The notes beneath the pieces are model-generated. The model saw nothing but the letters and a program-made list of their open reading frames with translations, ran no database searches and was not told the origin of the DNA. This document shows positions 26,586-41,949 of a stretch of DNA of 64,000 nucleotides, piece after piece (position 1 is the first letter of the stretch; each line of letters starts with the position of its first letter). This DNA is from Bispira polyomma (lineage: Eukaryota), in assembly GCA_965649765.1 (NCBI GenBank), contig OZ287749.1:74896001-74960000 (forward strand), in the 5' to 3' direction. The translations under genes and the position numbers were made by a program.

Positions 26586-29500
26586 CACATCAAGTTTGTA
26601 ACATCTGATCAAAGATTTAAGACCCAATATTTCAAAAGTTTGAACTAATCTAAGCATTTTCCTATACACAAAATCTTAAAATATTTTTTGGGAACTGTAA
26701 AATAAATGCATTTAAATTAAAAACTTGCACAATAACTTCAGGGTTATATATATATATATATATACTAAGTCTTTGGCGTAAATAAGACTCTATAATAAAT
26801 ATGGCCTTGAACTTCTTGCTAATCCATAAACACTGAGTTGAGGATTGATTTATAGTTGTCTCTGCTCACCCAACCATCCTCTATATAAAATATATATCTA
26901 TGACTTCTTGTCTGAGAAAATAGCCATATATTATATAACCAGATAAATAGTTTTCTCTCTGTATAGAAGATATATGTCTGTGTGTTCATGTATATACAAA
27001 TAAGTCAAATGACTATAGAATTATATAGGGTTTAGTTTTGGTGTCTGGAAAAAGTTCACAATATTTGTGTAAAGAGGAATTTTCTGTATTTATAGAGACA
27101 GAGACAAGCATTGCATGGGTAATGTATTTAGATAATGTAACTTAAACTCTCCAACTATAGTCCACCAATATATACTGTTCTATGTATATGGGTACACAGA
27201 ACTTAATGGCATGATCAACAACTTGTCGGTTTTTCCACCACATTTGGCCCTGTCCCCTTGCAGACCGAGATATTGTTATTCATTTATTTGTAGTAGGAAC
27301 ACAAATTCTATTTACACATTTTTAAGACACCAACATATGTTCAATCTCTACTTCTTATATATAGTCACAGTTCCAAAATAGAGTTTAAAAAATAAAAGGT
27401 TATTCCAATATACTTTGACCTCCTTCTTACTTATCTTCGGTATAATAAACCATGTATATTTATAACACAAGGACATAATAATACATGATTTTTGCATGGC
27501 TCATTTGTTTCTTTGTTTTATTTTCTTTATTGACTAAGCAATATTAGTGTAGAAAATGACATTGGTCTTTTTTTGTTATATCCTTCAGAAGAGAAAAAGT
27601 ACAAAGCAATGTCTGGCATTTACACTTCCATAGCCCCTAAAATTATATAATAACCTTCAAATATTATCACCCCACTCTATTATAAACAATCGGCTAGACA
27701 TTTTTACGTCAGTTTCAGTGAGCACAGGCTACTCCATCCATACATACACACAATAACCTCTTCTACCAACCAGTCCCCAGGTGTATATGAGTGCTTGTAC
27801 ATTAGATCGCAGACAGGACATTACTATCATCTGGAAATGGTCAGTTATAAGGTCATAGGTGCCTTCTCAGTGGATTTAGACCAAAGGATAAAAAGATAAA
27901 TTATCTCACTATTTTGGTTTTTTCCGCGCTGAGAAATAACGTCTGCTGTCCGAAAAGTTTGATGTATGGCAAAGTGTACTGCTCTGCCGTTTTCTCTCAA
28001 CACCCCGGGTTTTCTAAAGCATAACTTTATTACAAACCATTTACCAAAGGGGGAATCCCCACAAGGTCATTACTGGCTGTTCCCTAACTACTTTATGTCA
28101 GAAACTTTGTGATGGATGGAGTACTAGGAATTTACTATACACATACACATACCCTTACTTTCCTCCACTCCACCTCTGGCTCATATAACACTAAACTATG
28201 ATAAAAAAAATTACAATATATATATATATACATATTATATTGCCAAAAACCATTTGACACAAAGCTATCTAAAATAGCTCAGTATATATAAATATATTAA
28301 ACCCATTTGACATAACGATTTTACTATTGAAGTATCCCAAAAAAGGCTGACGCAGCTAAATAACATATTGACACATATATTACAAGCACTGTTTACTTAA
28401 CATGCAATTTATTTTATAGAATTGTTTAGAATTTTATGGAGATTCTCAGGAATTTGTGTACAGCCTTCTTTCGTGTAGAACTTTCATGTGTCCGTTTTGC
28501 AATAATTGGAAGCATGGCAGAAATAAATAAATATGTGACTAACCAATCAGAATATGGACACTCTCATGCAGTTTTATACACAATAAACAAAATATTCTGT
28601 GTTTTGTGTCTCAAGCATATAGTAAGGTAATTTTGACTTGACTAATACAAAATTTGGTTTGCTCATGACATGTTCCTAGACGATTTTATTTTCACAATCT
28701 AATAAATAATACAAAAAGATAATGTGAATATGTCAGTTTTCTTATTTTTCACAAATGATGCGTGTCCTTTGAATATCTTACTCTTACCAAAAAAGGTACT
28801 TGTTGCATATTGTTAAACATTCCCTGTTTATCTCTTAACTTTTTTTTGCTGATACAAGACAGTATTTCACCTACACTGTCGTCTAAACTGCATATGTTGT
28901 ACAAAATAGCTATCTCCTTACATCACTTGACTTTATAACTCCATTGAATTTACATAGATTTGTACCAACTAAATACACACAGGTGAGCTGATTATTTATA
29001 CATCTAATCATTATTTATTAGTCAGTCCTACTAAATATCTTCTTTTTTTTCAAAAACAACCCTTGTTAGCTTTGTATAGCATAGATATACTTCTAGCTAC
29101 ATAAAATTGTCAAGAACAATCATATTTACACACTTTTATGTATAATTCGGTTATAGCACCTTAATACACTGTTATATCATATTGTACTTGAAGTACCTTT
29201 CACACATAAGGAATGTAGTGAAGGGATGGGTCCTGGTTCTTAATTATATGCCCTCTACACACATGTGACTAATAATGTTTGAAAGGGAGGAGGCATCAGC
29301 CACTTTATAATGAAGTACTCAAGTCTTCTATTAGGCTGAACAAAAAAAGCCATCACACATACATACACAAGAACTTGCTGCTCTAAATTTATCATTGTGA
29401 CCGCAAACCACACAATTATATCTATCATTGCAAATAGCACAGTGTTTTGACACTTAGCAATTGATTCTGGTGTAGTTAATGATACATGTTCACCCATTCC

Positions 29501-31051
29501 ACCTAATTTTGTATTCAAACTCTTTTGATATATAACATGATCGATTTGGCTGGTCCTATTCTTCCCAGCCTTATATCACAAAAGTTGTGGACGTTTTAAA
29601 ATCAATCTTTCACATTTTTTTTCTTCGTGTTCTGTATTTATTATAATCATATACTTTTAGAAAATACATAAGCATAACGCTCGCAAAGAGGCAGAATATT
29701 TTAAAGGAGACAGTATCATTTTGTCGTAAGAATAAAAAAAGAGTTATTCAGTATATGTGTCTTTCAATCTAATCTACACGCAGTAGTTCTATGCCACAAG
29801 AATGTTCTGTCCTGGCGTGGGAAGCTAGAAGTTTTGGCTGAGTGCCAACACAGAATTGGCACAATTTGGCAGACGACTTTTGCTATTAATATGAATGAAG
29901 TCTTTCCTTGGCTTGGTTACTAAGTTACTATGGTGTCTATGTTATAAATAAATAAATACAAATAAAACTATATATTTAAGAATATATATATATATATATT
30001 TAACTTTTGTGTTTAATGTCATACTAGACATTTTACAAACCTCAAATCCTTCTCATTTTAAGATACTGTCCTGGAATATCACATTGAAATAAAAATTGTT
30101 TTGGTCTAAATCTGCACACACAAAAGTAATATTGCTGCTGGCTGAATATCTTTATTTGATCAGTGACATTTTTAATATTACTTTGAGTTTTATGTGTCCC
30201 ATCTTTTTTTTTTTTTTTTTTTTGCTATTTTGTATAATCAATAGTATGAAAAATATAATAAATTTATATTCATTATATATATATAACGTCAAAGAGAGGC
30301 TAACATCGTCCAAGAGTCTGCAGCCATCATAAAAGTGGTATGTTTCTCTACTACCAAATGATAGTGAGGATTGTCATTTGACTTTTTTTGTTGTTTCTTT
30401 CATTAGAACTATTGGGGCTATGTGTAGTTTTTCAGTTGTGTTATGTTTTCTCTCTATCTTTCTCTCTGTCTACAGTGTACAAGACTAGCATTGCTCTCTA
30501 ACCCCAGAAACACAGGTGTCGTTACAACTGTTCACTAGAGGTGAGGCAACTTTTGAACTGTTGTACTTCAAATGATTCAGAATAATATGATATCTAAAAA
30601 GCCAATTGGATGGGGGGTTTGTAAGGTGGAGGGGAGGGGGGGGGGGTCTCTGCAGACGACAAAATGAATGGATACGTGCGCAGATGAAGATGAAAATTGG
30701 TTATTATTGGTTTTTGTTTTTATTGTCATTAGTTATTCTTGACGTTTTTCACCTTTATATATTAGTAGTAGCAGCATTAGGTTGTGTTTCCAATATTGAC
30801 GGGCAATAGACAAACAAATAGGTATTGGGGGATATGGGTGAAGATGGGGAGGGATGCTTTTTTTCTCCACCCATTCATAAATTAATCAGGATGACTGTGA
30901 GTAATGAAAGAGACACTACCGCTCACCTTTTAAATGTATTACACTGGCCTCTTGTGCTGGGGACTCATAAAAGAATACACATAGAGAGAAAATGTCTGTC
31001 TCCATGAATGAATGGCAGTTAGATCTGCATAGCCTTTACAAGAGGCTGATT

Positions 31052-31180
31052 TAGGTTTTAACATCGCTTTTAACAGATTGTATAGGTCATATCACAACGG
31101 GCAGTTGGTGCTGGAGGAAACTAGTGCATAATAATTGGTCAAGATTCTACACTGTAAACTAACAAACATCGGCAATTATA
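31052..31180 (-). mobile_element. SINE 3' half related to family A
   Basis: TTTAACATCGCTTTTAACAG...ACGGGCAGTTGG..CTGGAGGAAAC..GGTCAAGATTCTACACTG matches the family body. Confidence 0.65.
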
Positions 31181-33399
31181 TTATTTGGGTTTTACCCTTC
31201 CCTTTCAACATCTTCGGTCATATTGCGGAAGCCAGAAGTATTGGTGACATAAACCAGCACTTTAAAAAATACAGCAAACTTTCCCGCATAAACAAAACAG
31301 TAAGATTTGATTTCCACTGCTCTCATTAAAAGTAGATACATATAACCACTAAGCCACTGATTATATGAGACAGTTTGTAAATAATTTCAATCAAGTTTAC
31401 CATTGAAATTGTTATAATAATAACTGTGAGCCCTTTAGCAAGGCTACATGACTTTGTGAATTGTGCCATTGTAGTGGTTTTTCCTCTGATATGACAGCCT
31501 TGTGTTATAGTTCAATATGCCAGTGTAATAGGTGAAAGGCTACAGACCTTCTCATCTTTAAAGCTTTGATAGAAATTATGATAGCTAAAGTCAATACTTT
31601 GACCCCCTCCCCCCACCCCCCACACACACTTCCTCTCTATATCGTTGACTAAAAATGCTCTAATATACAGTAAATGCTTCATTAGCTGCCTGGTTTCAAC
31701 TTCATAGCATTTTATTTTGAAAAGAAACTTATTGTTTTTTAACTGACAAGACAGTTGTTTGTTTGTTAAATCTTGTTTTGGTTGTTAGATTTGGATAAAA
31801 TATTTAAACATATTTCCGTTTACCTCACTTTTAACATCTTTGGGACATATTGCGACGGCCAAATTGACTGGTGGAGGGAACCAGTGTATAATTTGTGTTG
31901 CAAGTTATCAACCTAGGGTAAACCCTTGACAACTTTTTATGGATGAAGGCTACTGTCATTAAGTGGTGAGGGACTATAGTTAAAATATAGTCAAAACTCA
32001 TTTTTAAACTCTTTTTTGGTGCAGTAAGAAATATTATTATAAACGTCTTATACATATTAAGACAGCCAAGATGTACACAAAGAGGTGTAACAGGTCTATA
32101 TCTAGGTGTGTATATATTGTATAAAAATACAGGTACTGAGCTGCAGACCTATATATTGCCTTGGGGGATCCAAGTTATTATACCGTGTATGCATGCAGTA
32201 GTGATATCTCTACACAACATGTTTCAAACAGCTAAGTGTGGCCCACACACTGACATTACATAATACTTTCTGCTGTTGCTTCTAAATACAGCAATATAGA
32301 GAACAAAGTAGGACACACAATATATGAAAAGGCAATATGTTATTGGGCGATGCTGTAATGTGTTATGTGGAGTTGATGTATATGGCCACAATTAATACAG
32401 TGACCTACTTCAAGTAGGCCTGTTATGTTATTTAGTGTTATTACCTGCCTGTAAGTTGTGAACTGTGGTCACCATCACATTCTACTTAGGTGGACATAAA
32501 TGATTATAGAGTACATAAATAACACAACAACAGGTTTTCTATAATTTGACCTATGGTCATTGTTTTCACTTCTTTAGAGTTTTTTAAGTTTTATTTATAG
32601 TTTAAAAGTAGTAATCTTTGGAAATACCATTCTTTCTCTTTATTAAAATAATAGATTATTTTTTTTAGTAATTTCCCTTTAAAGCCTGGCAATTGAGATA
32701 TGAATCAGTCAAAGAGTATTAATAATGCAATTTTTGGGCCACTTTAGTCTGAACAAATATTAATATTTCACAGAGGCAAATCCTATTTACAAAATTGATG
32801 ACCATTTCAGGCGGTGTAATTAGAATTCAAAAGTGTCATGTCCCCTTAGAAGGATCATCCTTATAGGTCTCTCTAATCTGTGAAAACTCCTCCCAGTAAG
32901 AAGCAAAGTTCATTTGGAAGAGTGGCCTCCCATCAATTCTGGAGACCCATGGCATGTCACAATCCTGACTACTTTACCCTATCCACCCACACTCCTCCCT
33001 TGAACCGACAAAAAATAATATGCACCACTTTTGTTATTTAATTATCGACACTGGAAAACAATAAGTGGCTGACAGTGGATGTTCTAGCCTTTCTCTGAAG
33101 GCGTTCCTTTATTTTATTTACATAAGAAAAAAGTCACAGTTTTGAAAAAAAAAGTAATCTTAATTAAACAGGTTTTTGTCTTGCTAATTCAAAGTTTAGG
33201 CTAATGGAGTCAAACTAACCTTCTGTTCTAACTATTATAAGGCTAATATTATTCAATAATAAAAACCTGAAGACATATTTCATGATAGTAATTAAATAGT
33301 TCATATTTACACTTAAAATATTTATCTCAGAGACCCATGTATCAACGTCCCAAGATTTCGTTTAACCTGCCATTGAGGGTAAGAAACTTATAACAAGAA

Positions 33400-33525
33400 A
33401 CCATCATTTAAAGTGGTCATCCTAGCCAATGGATATCTGGATGTACCCTGTAAGCGTCAGCATGGGATCGAACCCAGATCGTCAGGGGTTCTACGCAATT
33501 GTATTACCCACTATAGGCCATACAG
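33400..33525 (-). mobile_element. tRNA-derived SINE, family B, 5' part
   Basis: Minus-strand B box CTGGGTTCGATCCC. Homologous to 3880-4015. Confidence 0.6.
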
Positions 33526-36500
33526 TTGCAGATGGGTGTTTTTCTGCATAATAATCAAAATGACCCTAATTTCCCAACCATCTTTGTGACGAGTATAGTA
33601 TAGTAAGCCTTTAGCCAAGGCTAGGTCTACTAAACAAAGTCAAGTTGTGGTTATGATTGTGTGGATAATGGAGCCCTTTTTAGGGATGGTGGTGGTGTGT
33701 GGGGGGACACAACCACTAAAGGGGTGTCGGAATTAGCCTTCTCCAGTACTAAATTAGGCGTGTACAATTCTCTGGAAATTAGCCCAGGATTCAGACACAG
33801 TGCTTGGTCAATATATCTCTGTACCACTGACAGTTGCTGTGACAGTCTACTATCTCAATTGGATTAGTCGCCAGGGGCTTAACCCCCTCTCCGCCTCTCT
33901 CCTCGCTCAATAATAGACAAAAAGTTGTCCAAAGCACACCCCTTCCTATCTCCACAAACCCTTTTCCATCCCAGTTTTCCATCCCAAAGAGCCTGAGGTA
34001 GCTAGCACCAATGTACTGTTCTTATTATTATCAATACAGTGTAGGTATTGGGTAAGGAGGGGGTGCATGGATTGGGGGGGGGGGGTAACTCTGTTATCTT
34101 CGAGGCAAGAGTTGGGGGTGGGATGAAGGGTGTGGAGGGAGAGACTATAGGGTCAAAGTCTCTTAATGGATTTCACTTTTGGCCCAGCTATAGCAGATTA
34201 GGCCTATCACAGGTCGTCCACACTTTGGCCCCCAATCAATCCCCTAGCTGTATGTCACTGAGAAAACTCATTGATTTATAACAACAGTTCAGAAGAAGAA
34301 AAGAGACAAAATAGAACTTTAGCTTCTTTTTGTTTGGATTTGCTTGGACCAAAGAAGAGAAACAAAAATTGACTGATTAATGGAAAGTTGGTACTCGGCT
34401 TTAGCTAATCAAAATATCATGTAATATCTTATTGGATGTAATGATGAATTATTTTTTTTTAATCTTTGGTAGCTAAGACTAAAAATCATTAATTGTTGAA
34501 CTTTGAAATTGGTATATGCTGATTAATAGGACTTGCAGGTTACCCGTTTGTTTAATAACATAGGGGTCGTTTGTAATAGTACGATAGCGTGAAAAATGTG
34601 CACGATTGAAGAAATCTGTTTTTAATCAATAGGAATTTGTCCCTATTTTCCTTATTTAATAAAGTTTTATTGAGTGAAACCTTCACTATTTTAAAGTTGC
34701 AGTGACATAAAAGTGTGACTGTCAACAATAATGATCTACCACAAATGGTTTTATCAACACTGTTTGTCTCTAGGTAGATTACATTTGAATTCTATGCTGA
34801 AATGGTCATATAATTTGCCTGTCACTAACTCTTTACATAACACACTGTCAATACCAGCCATGTTTATATGCTGCATTAATAGTTTAATATTTTACACCGG
34901 ATATCAAAGCTACTACCACTTCCGGTAAGCCTATTAATAAAAGCCAAGCTGAAATAACAAGAAGAATTTGTGTAATTGCCAATCGAACAAGGTCTACAAG
35001 AAAAAGAAAAAAAAACCAGAAATCCCCCTCTTCACCATATTTTTGTCACACTTTATAATTTCTTTGACACAAGTTATAAAAATACTCACTTTTGACACGA
35101 ACAAGAATATCTTTATTTGTAGTACTTCCCCCGCGACTATTTTTTTTACTATATGAATAAATAGGCTGGGTGGGTCCATTCAATAAACTGATGTCTATCT
35201 ATCCACCTTTTCAACCCTTGTTTTAAGAGAAAACACCACCTTTGTACAAATCTACGACACCCATTGAATGACAAGTATGGAGTGAAGGTACTCGGTAACA
35301 TGTTTCCAACTTAAAATCACTTTTAGTATTCACCATAGATATAAAGATATTTTGTATTGTGTTTAATCGTGTGCACATATTGATATTGAACAGGATATTA
35401 CATGGTTTACATATTAAATGACCTCAGGTGAAATACAGTATTAAAGGCTATATATAAAAATAGAAGAATAATAACCAAGGAGATAGAAGTAGTGATATAA
35501 AACATAAAGCAGACGACATTTTGGTTAAGTTTAAGGTAGACAACAAAAAGTATGCCCTTTTAACCTTCACGCCATGTCTCTTACCTCCATTGCATAATTC
35601 CCTAACCTTGTAGTATTTTTTGTCAAAGCTCAAGGAGTTGTCCTATTAATTGTAACCATTGACAAGTCCATTCAGTTTGGTTTAGGGTTGCCTTATTGCA
35701 CCTAAAAGGGAAAAACTGTCGAAAATTCCTTTCTGTTCTTTCAGGATAATTTTATTTGCTACATTTGTTGGACTTTGTATTTTCTTATGAGAAGTAATTA
35801 TACAACATAATATACCCATGTAATAGTAAACTAGATAGAGTTGTAAGGCTGTATTTTGCTTACGGAGATGAAATGTTTTGTATTTTATTTATACTACTAC
35901 TTACTCTAATCATTTAAACACTGAACAGATCAAAGGTTATATTGTCATATATGCAATTTACTGCAATTAATTCTGTGCATTTATATGTACAGATAATCTG
36001 ATTATATCTATATACATACATTATACACATATTTACTTACAGTATAAAGACATAAGAGTTATCTATATCTATAGCAGATCACGTGACTGTCTTAATCAAC
36101 CCTGTACCAGTACATTTGTCCACGCTATTGTGTACCCATTATCTCCCTAATACTCGAGACAGGTTTTATCAGGCTTTTAGTGTAACCAGATAATTTAGTG
36201 CAGCTGGCTTCCATGGCTTGGCAAATGGTGTACCTTTCATTTTTAACTGCCTACAATATTGCAACTTCTAAGCCCATTTCCGGTCAGATTGCTCTCATTT
36301 TTGTGAAGCTGTCAAAGCCAAATTGGTGACAAGATTATCATCAATTGGACGAAAAATGATAGCTGTAATGTAGCCATTACAAGTCACCCCCTTCTGTAAC
36401 TATGGTAACAGGTCAACGGCTCTTAGTCATCACTTTTTCTGCTTTTTTTTCTTTCTTTAATTATCTCCCTTTCATATATGTTTAATAAAAACCAAGGTAA

Positions 36501-39500
36501 CGCCTAATATGAAACCATATTAAGGAATAAATGCACGCACAGGATATTGTAAATATTAAAAGTAGTTTTTTGTTTTCTAAATCGAATGTTTATGTGAATA
36601 TTTATTATAAAATTTATGGCCCAACAGCCATGTGCCATTATTTAAAATAAACCTTTTTGTTGTCGGCAAGTATTCACCTTTTCTTTGTTGCTTATATGGT
36701 ATTCTATATGTCCAGCATGTATACATTTTAGCATTAGATAATAAACAATAGTAAGGTCTATACTTGGCTATACTAAAAAAAATTCTATCAATTCTACTTC
36801 TTAGGTTTGGTTTATTTTTTTTCTTTTGGGTCTGTACAATAACTTCATTTTTTGTTTAAACCGGATATCCCCCAACTGAATGTTTTTATCAGCTGTTCAA
36901 AAAGTCACCATGTAGTACTTGTGTGCAATGGAGCATGTCACGTGGTGTGTAATAATAGTATTGATTGGACAGAGCTGATGATTTCTGGAGTGGCTCGGCA
37001 CACGTTCACACACACACACACAAATGTGATGTCTTTATTTTTATTATAGAAGCACATAATTAATTTTTGCCTTTGCCGTATCTCATTTAACATTTTTATG
37101 TGCTTATGTCTTTTCAGACTTGTTAGCTATTACATCACTGGGATTTGAATCTATTTAAAATGCCATAAACAATGCTTATGTAGAATATTAAAGGAAACAT
37201 ACACATACATATATATATATATAGAAAGAGAAATGCTAGAAAGAAGAAAAATAACAATTTCATATGCAGATGACATTGCACATCATTGCAACAGTAATTG
37301 ATAAATCATGAATGAGATCAGTCAGCCCCTCATGCACTGGTAATATTTGGAATGGAAGTCATTCTGATAACACTTGAAAAGGGTAGGCCATAAATTGTAG
37401 CCATTCTGCAATACTTTATGTACCATTTGTCAACTGTGTGATCTTTTGTGGCCTGTTTAAGTTAGTTCCTTCTGATGGAGTATTATCAACAAATTGACAG
37501 CACCGTCCCATAAATTAGGCCACATGTATTGGAGGTAGACATTACATATTGATGGGTGAAAAACTTGCAACAGTGCATCATTGATTTCTCTGCACAAGAG
37601 GAAATCTGCCCTTTCTTTTTGTGTCTTTTCCATCATTACTGACACATCTGAGATTAATAATAAAGCAATAAATTTCTTAAATGAGCGTGAAGTTTAACTT
37701 GCGTATGTCCATTATGGCTATACATATGTTGAGAATTCATTATCTAATGACTATATGTAGGAATATTATTATTATTATTATTATTATATAATGTCAATAT
37801 AAACCCACACATGCTTGTTTTGCAGATTTATATGTGTTCATTTACACATAAATTAGGGTGATAGTTATCATTATTATTTTAACCCAATGGTTATCTTAGT
37901 CTGGCCTACAACGTAGCTAACTTGGTATGGCCTTACATGCAGATTATATAAGTGTATGCAGTTAGAAAACTATTAATGATCAACTATTTTGGTCATCAAT
38001 CAGTACATTCTATCTATACAAACAGCCTTACACCATTGCTCTGGCCTTGCCTTGTGTAGTTTGGTCTGGCCTCAACAGCAGTTCCTCTGAGAGTGTTCAT
38101 TGATCAGCAGCCTGTATACTAAGGTCAAGATAATCCTGTCAGATAGTGGGCTATGGCCAGCACTCAGACACAGTGATTCACAGTGTATTACTGGCAGCAA
38201 ATCTTTGTGGGGCTATTCCAAATACCTTCAGCAAGAACTCCATTCTAGCATTCTCTAATAGACAATCAATGTAGCAACACTACCAATACACATATGGCCA
38301 CAACCTTAGAATGCCTTTCTGCATCTTTGATGACTGTGAAATGGTATATATTCTATCTCACTTTTTGGTATTTAAATTGCATTTCATGGACATCTCATAA
38401 ATGCTATCATTCTACTAATGTTACTCAATTTGATGCAAAAATAATAAATTGCCACATATAAATATATAACTTATATAAGTGACCCTTGTATAAAGGACAT
38501 GGTCAAGTGTATGTATAGGTTTTTTCTCGAGTGAAATGCCACAAGCCAACACACAATTGTTACAACTTCATTCATATAAAATCCTGGGCAGTGAGCCAGT
38601 CATAAAATGTGTTGCCATGTTCAAGTCTATAGATGGGACTTCTAGGCCACACTGCTCACATAAATCATTTGTAACCCCCCTCTCCCCTGATTCAGTTCTT
38701 GGACAGTTAGAGATGCAGAGATATCATATACAGGCCAACACAGTCTGTGTGGGGTGCAGTGCAAACTTCTATAAACTACAATAATACTCTAATGATTAAC
38801 TTCCAAGAATATGAAAATATAAATAAATAAATAATAACTTGAACTGATTAAAAAGCTACATAAAAATATTTAAATTAAATGGCATTTGATAAGTACACTG
38901 ATAAATGTTGTTAAGCAAACTGCAAACTTTTGGAGGTTAGTGTAGAGAGAAACAGCCTCCGTCTGTTGTCAATCCCTTACATGTCATTAAGTGGACCAAA
39001 TGGGTCAGAAGATCGTGCCATGGCATCAGCAAGGCAGCTATAGAGAGAGAGAGACTCTACATTGGCATTGCTTTCTGTATACTGACACTTCAGTATATAG
39101 ACTTTAGTAGCATTAGACATTAACAGGTCCTTATGCCAAGCAGAGCCTACATTTTACAAATATTAAAGTGCAAGTTTGTGCGGAGTTTTTTTTTAACTTT
39201 CCAGACTTTGTAAACTTTCAATTGTGCAATCGTGGTCAGTGTGCTAAGGCGATGCAATTTGGACCAAAATATGAGAAGCTATAGTTTCAACCATAAATGT
39301 TTGGATGAATTTTGCATTCAAAATGCTACTCCAGATGTCCATATGGCAACTCTTTGTATACATTTTGTGTTATTTTTATATTTGTGAAAAGACTGAGGTT
39401 TATTTTAAACCCTATGTAAGACAATGCACTTTTGTTATATGGGACACAAACGTTTAGGGCAAAACCAGCAGAAACCATAGCAATCAATTTTGTTTTCAGA

Positions 39501-41949
39501 AACCTGTCATTAGACAACATATACAATATATTTCATATGAGATGTATATATATAAATGGGTTAACAGTTTCACTTTTTTAACATGACTTATAAAACCCTT
39601 ACACATAATACATGTATGTGCATATGGCATTTCAAGGGCAAGACGGGTGACATTTCAATGACATTTCCACACATATAACAATATCCCTCTTTTTTGTCGA
39701 AATAAAAGGCAAAATCCTTTTTAATTGAAGAGAATTCAGCTCATCAGGGTTTTTTTTTTGTCAATTAAAGTTCTTTAGAATTTTAATTATACCCCACATA
39801 GATCTCAATGTTTATTTCTTCTTTAGTTGTTATCTAATGGAGTCTTATTTATAAACCGACCTACACACTGAGGTAAAAGATGAAGTTTTTTGTGGAGTAT
39901 CTATTCAACTTTTAAGACTCTCCCATCCAACCAATTCATTCTGGTGTTGGTGATGCAATACATAGATTTCAGACAAGAACAACTACAATAAGGACCTACA
40001 CTAGTACCACTTAACCAAAGGCTTCTACTCTTTCGTTAAATATACAGTTATATACCTCTGTGACAATATTTAATTCCAAATCATGCTTGTAGCAGTTGTA
40101 ATAGGTTTATAGGGCTTTTTGCCATAATAAAGAACAAACTTTGACTTCAACCCAGAGACAAATATTGACAAAAGTAAATCATACACATGCATGGTTTTGA
40201 TACTGCAATCCTTCTATAAACCGTCTGAGGCATTTGTTTTTGATCAGTTTCACGTTTTGTGTGTGGTGATTTTTTTTTCAGATGAAAAAAAAATGTGAGA
40301 CAAGGAAATTCATTCATACCTGTTTGGACTCATGTCAACTATAGGAGAAAGGAAAGACACGCACAAAATGCTTAGGTCAAAAATCTCAAATAAAATATGA
40401 CACAAGAAGGGGAAAATTTACACACATAATTCACTCAGAAATGTCACATCATGCCAAAGTAGTGGAGGGGGGGACTTTTTTTGTTCAACAGAACTAAAAA
40501 TGGTGTGCAAGATCATATATATATGCTATTTGTGTGTGTCTACAGAACATATAGAAGTAATGCTTTATATATATTTAGCTTTGCAGATATCAGTCAAAGA
40601 AAAAATATCTAGAATGTAGATGGATGTGTTTAACAACCATTATAATGCATAATAGTCCCTTTTTATATAGGAACACACATTTAAAAGTTGTAGAATCAGT
40701 AGCTATAGAAAACAATACACACACACATATGATAGAAAAGACTAAATGAGAGAAATAGATAGATGGATTAAAAAATTGTGACATTTTTTTATTGAAGAGT
40801 TAAAAAAGAAAGAAAAAATGTTGGACCAAATATAAAAGAAAAACCCAACACCACTTGCATACAACAAGTATTAAACTAGTCGGTTGACTTAGTAAAATAG
40901 GTTGCAAGCTGTATACAGGGTTATGTCACTGTCTTGTACTGTATGTGTGTAAGAAATGATCTCTCAATTGACAAAAGAAGGTTTTGTGCACATATGTAAA
41001 AGCTCAATAACCCATAAGATATAAGCCACAGAGAGGGGGGGGGGGGAGGGGGGGGGGGCATGAGCTTTTTTTTAACTTGTCAAGGGTGCAGTCCAATGGA
41101 AGCTAGTATATATATTTTTCTAGTGATCTGATTAAGCGACTCTTTTTTATTAAACAAGAATATATATGGGTGTTTAGACTATTTCTTATTCTCTTATTCT
41201 TCTTTGCACATTTTTTTTTTCGTCGTATATATTTATAATGCTTATGTCTTTGTTGTAAACACAGAATTTTGTTACATGATACAACATAGTATGTCACTAT
41301 CATATACTGGTATAGTAGTGAATGACTCACAGATATATAACTAATAAATATATGTTATAGACCTGGCCACAGACACTATAAAGGCTAGATTTAGTTTCTC
41401 CCCTATGAATGTTAAGTAGGTAGTGAGATCCAGGGTAGGAGTTTGTGTAAAAGTTTTCACTAAAAGGAATGCAGTGGTGAAGAATGAAGTCACAATTGTG
41501 CATGTTTTTGGTTGATGTATCATTAAATATAGTGCTGTTAAGAGATGATTTTACTAAAGAAAAGGGTCTGATGACATTTTTATTGTTTTTTTAAGATGAC
41601 AAATTACATCTATATTATCAAGCTAGACTTGTTCAAATGCTGAAACAGTTTTGTCACTAATACATTTAGAAAGCAATATTTTTAAATCTCTATATTTAGG
41701 CACATTGCCATTAACTTACACCTATCATATTTGCTTGTGATCATTTTTCTATTTATTAAAGAAGATTTTTTTCAAATCTGCATATAAAAAATATTTGAAA
41801 AACCTACGTACAGCCTTAATTCTTCTTTGCTTGAAGAATATTTTAAACACACAAATGCATATGTAATAACACACTAATTCACAAACGAAGAAGACAGAGG
41901 ACCCAACAAAAAACAAGCCACCTCGTCAACCATTCATATCTAAATATTT

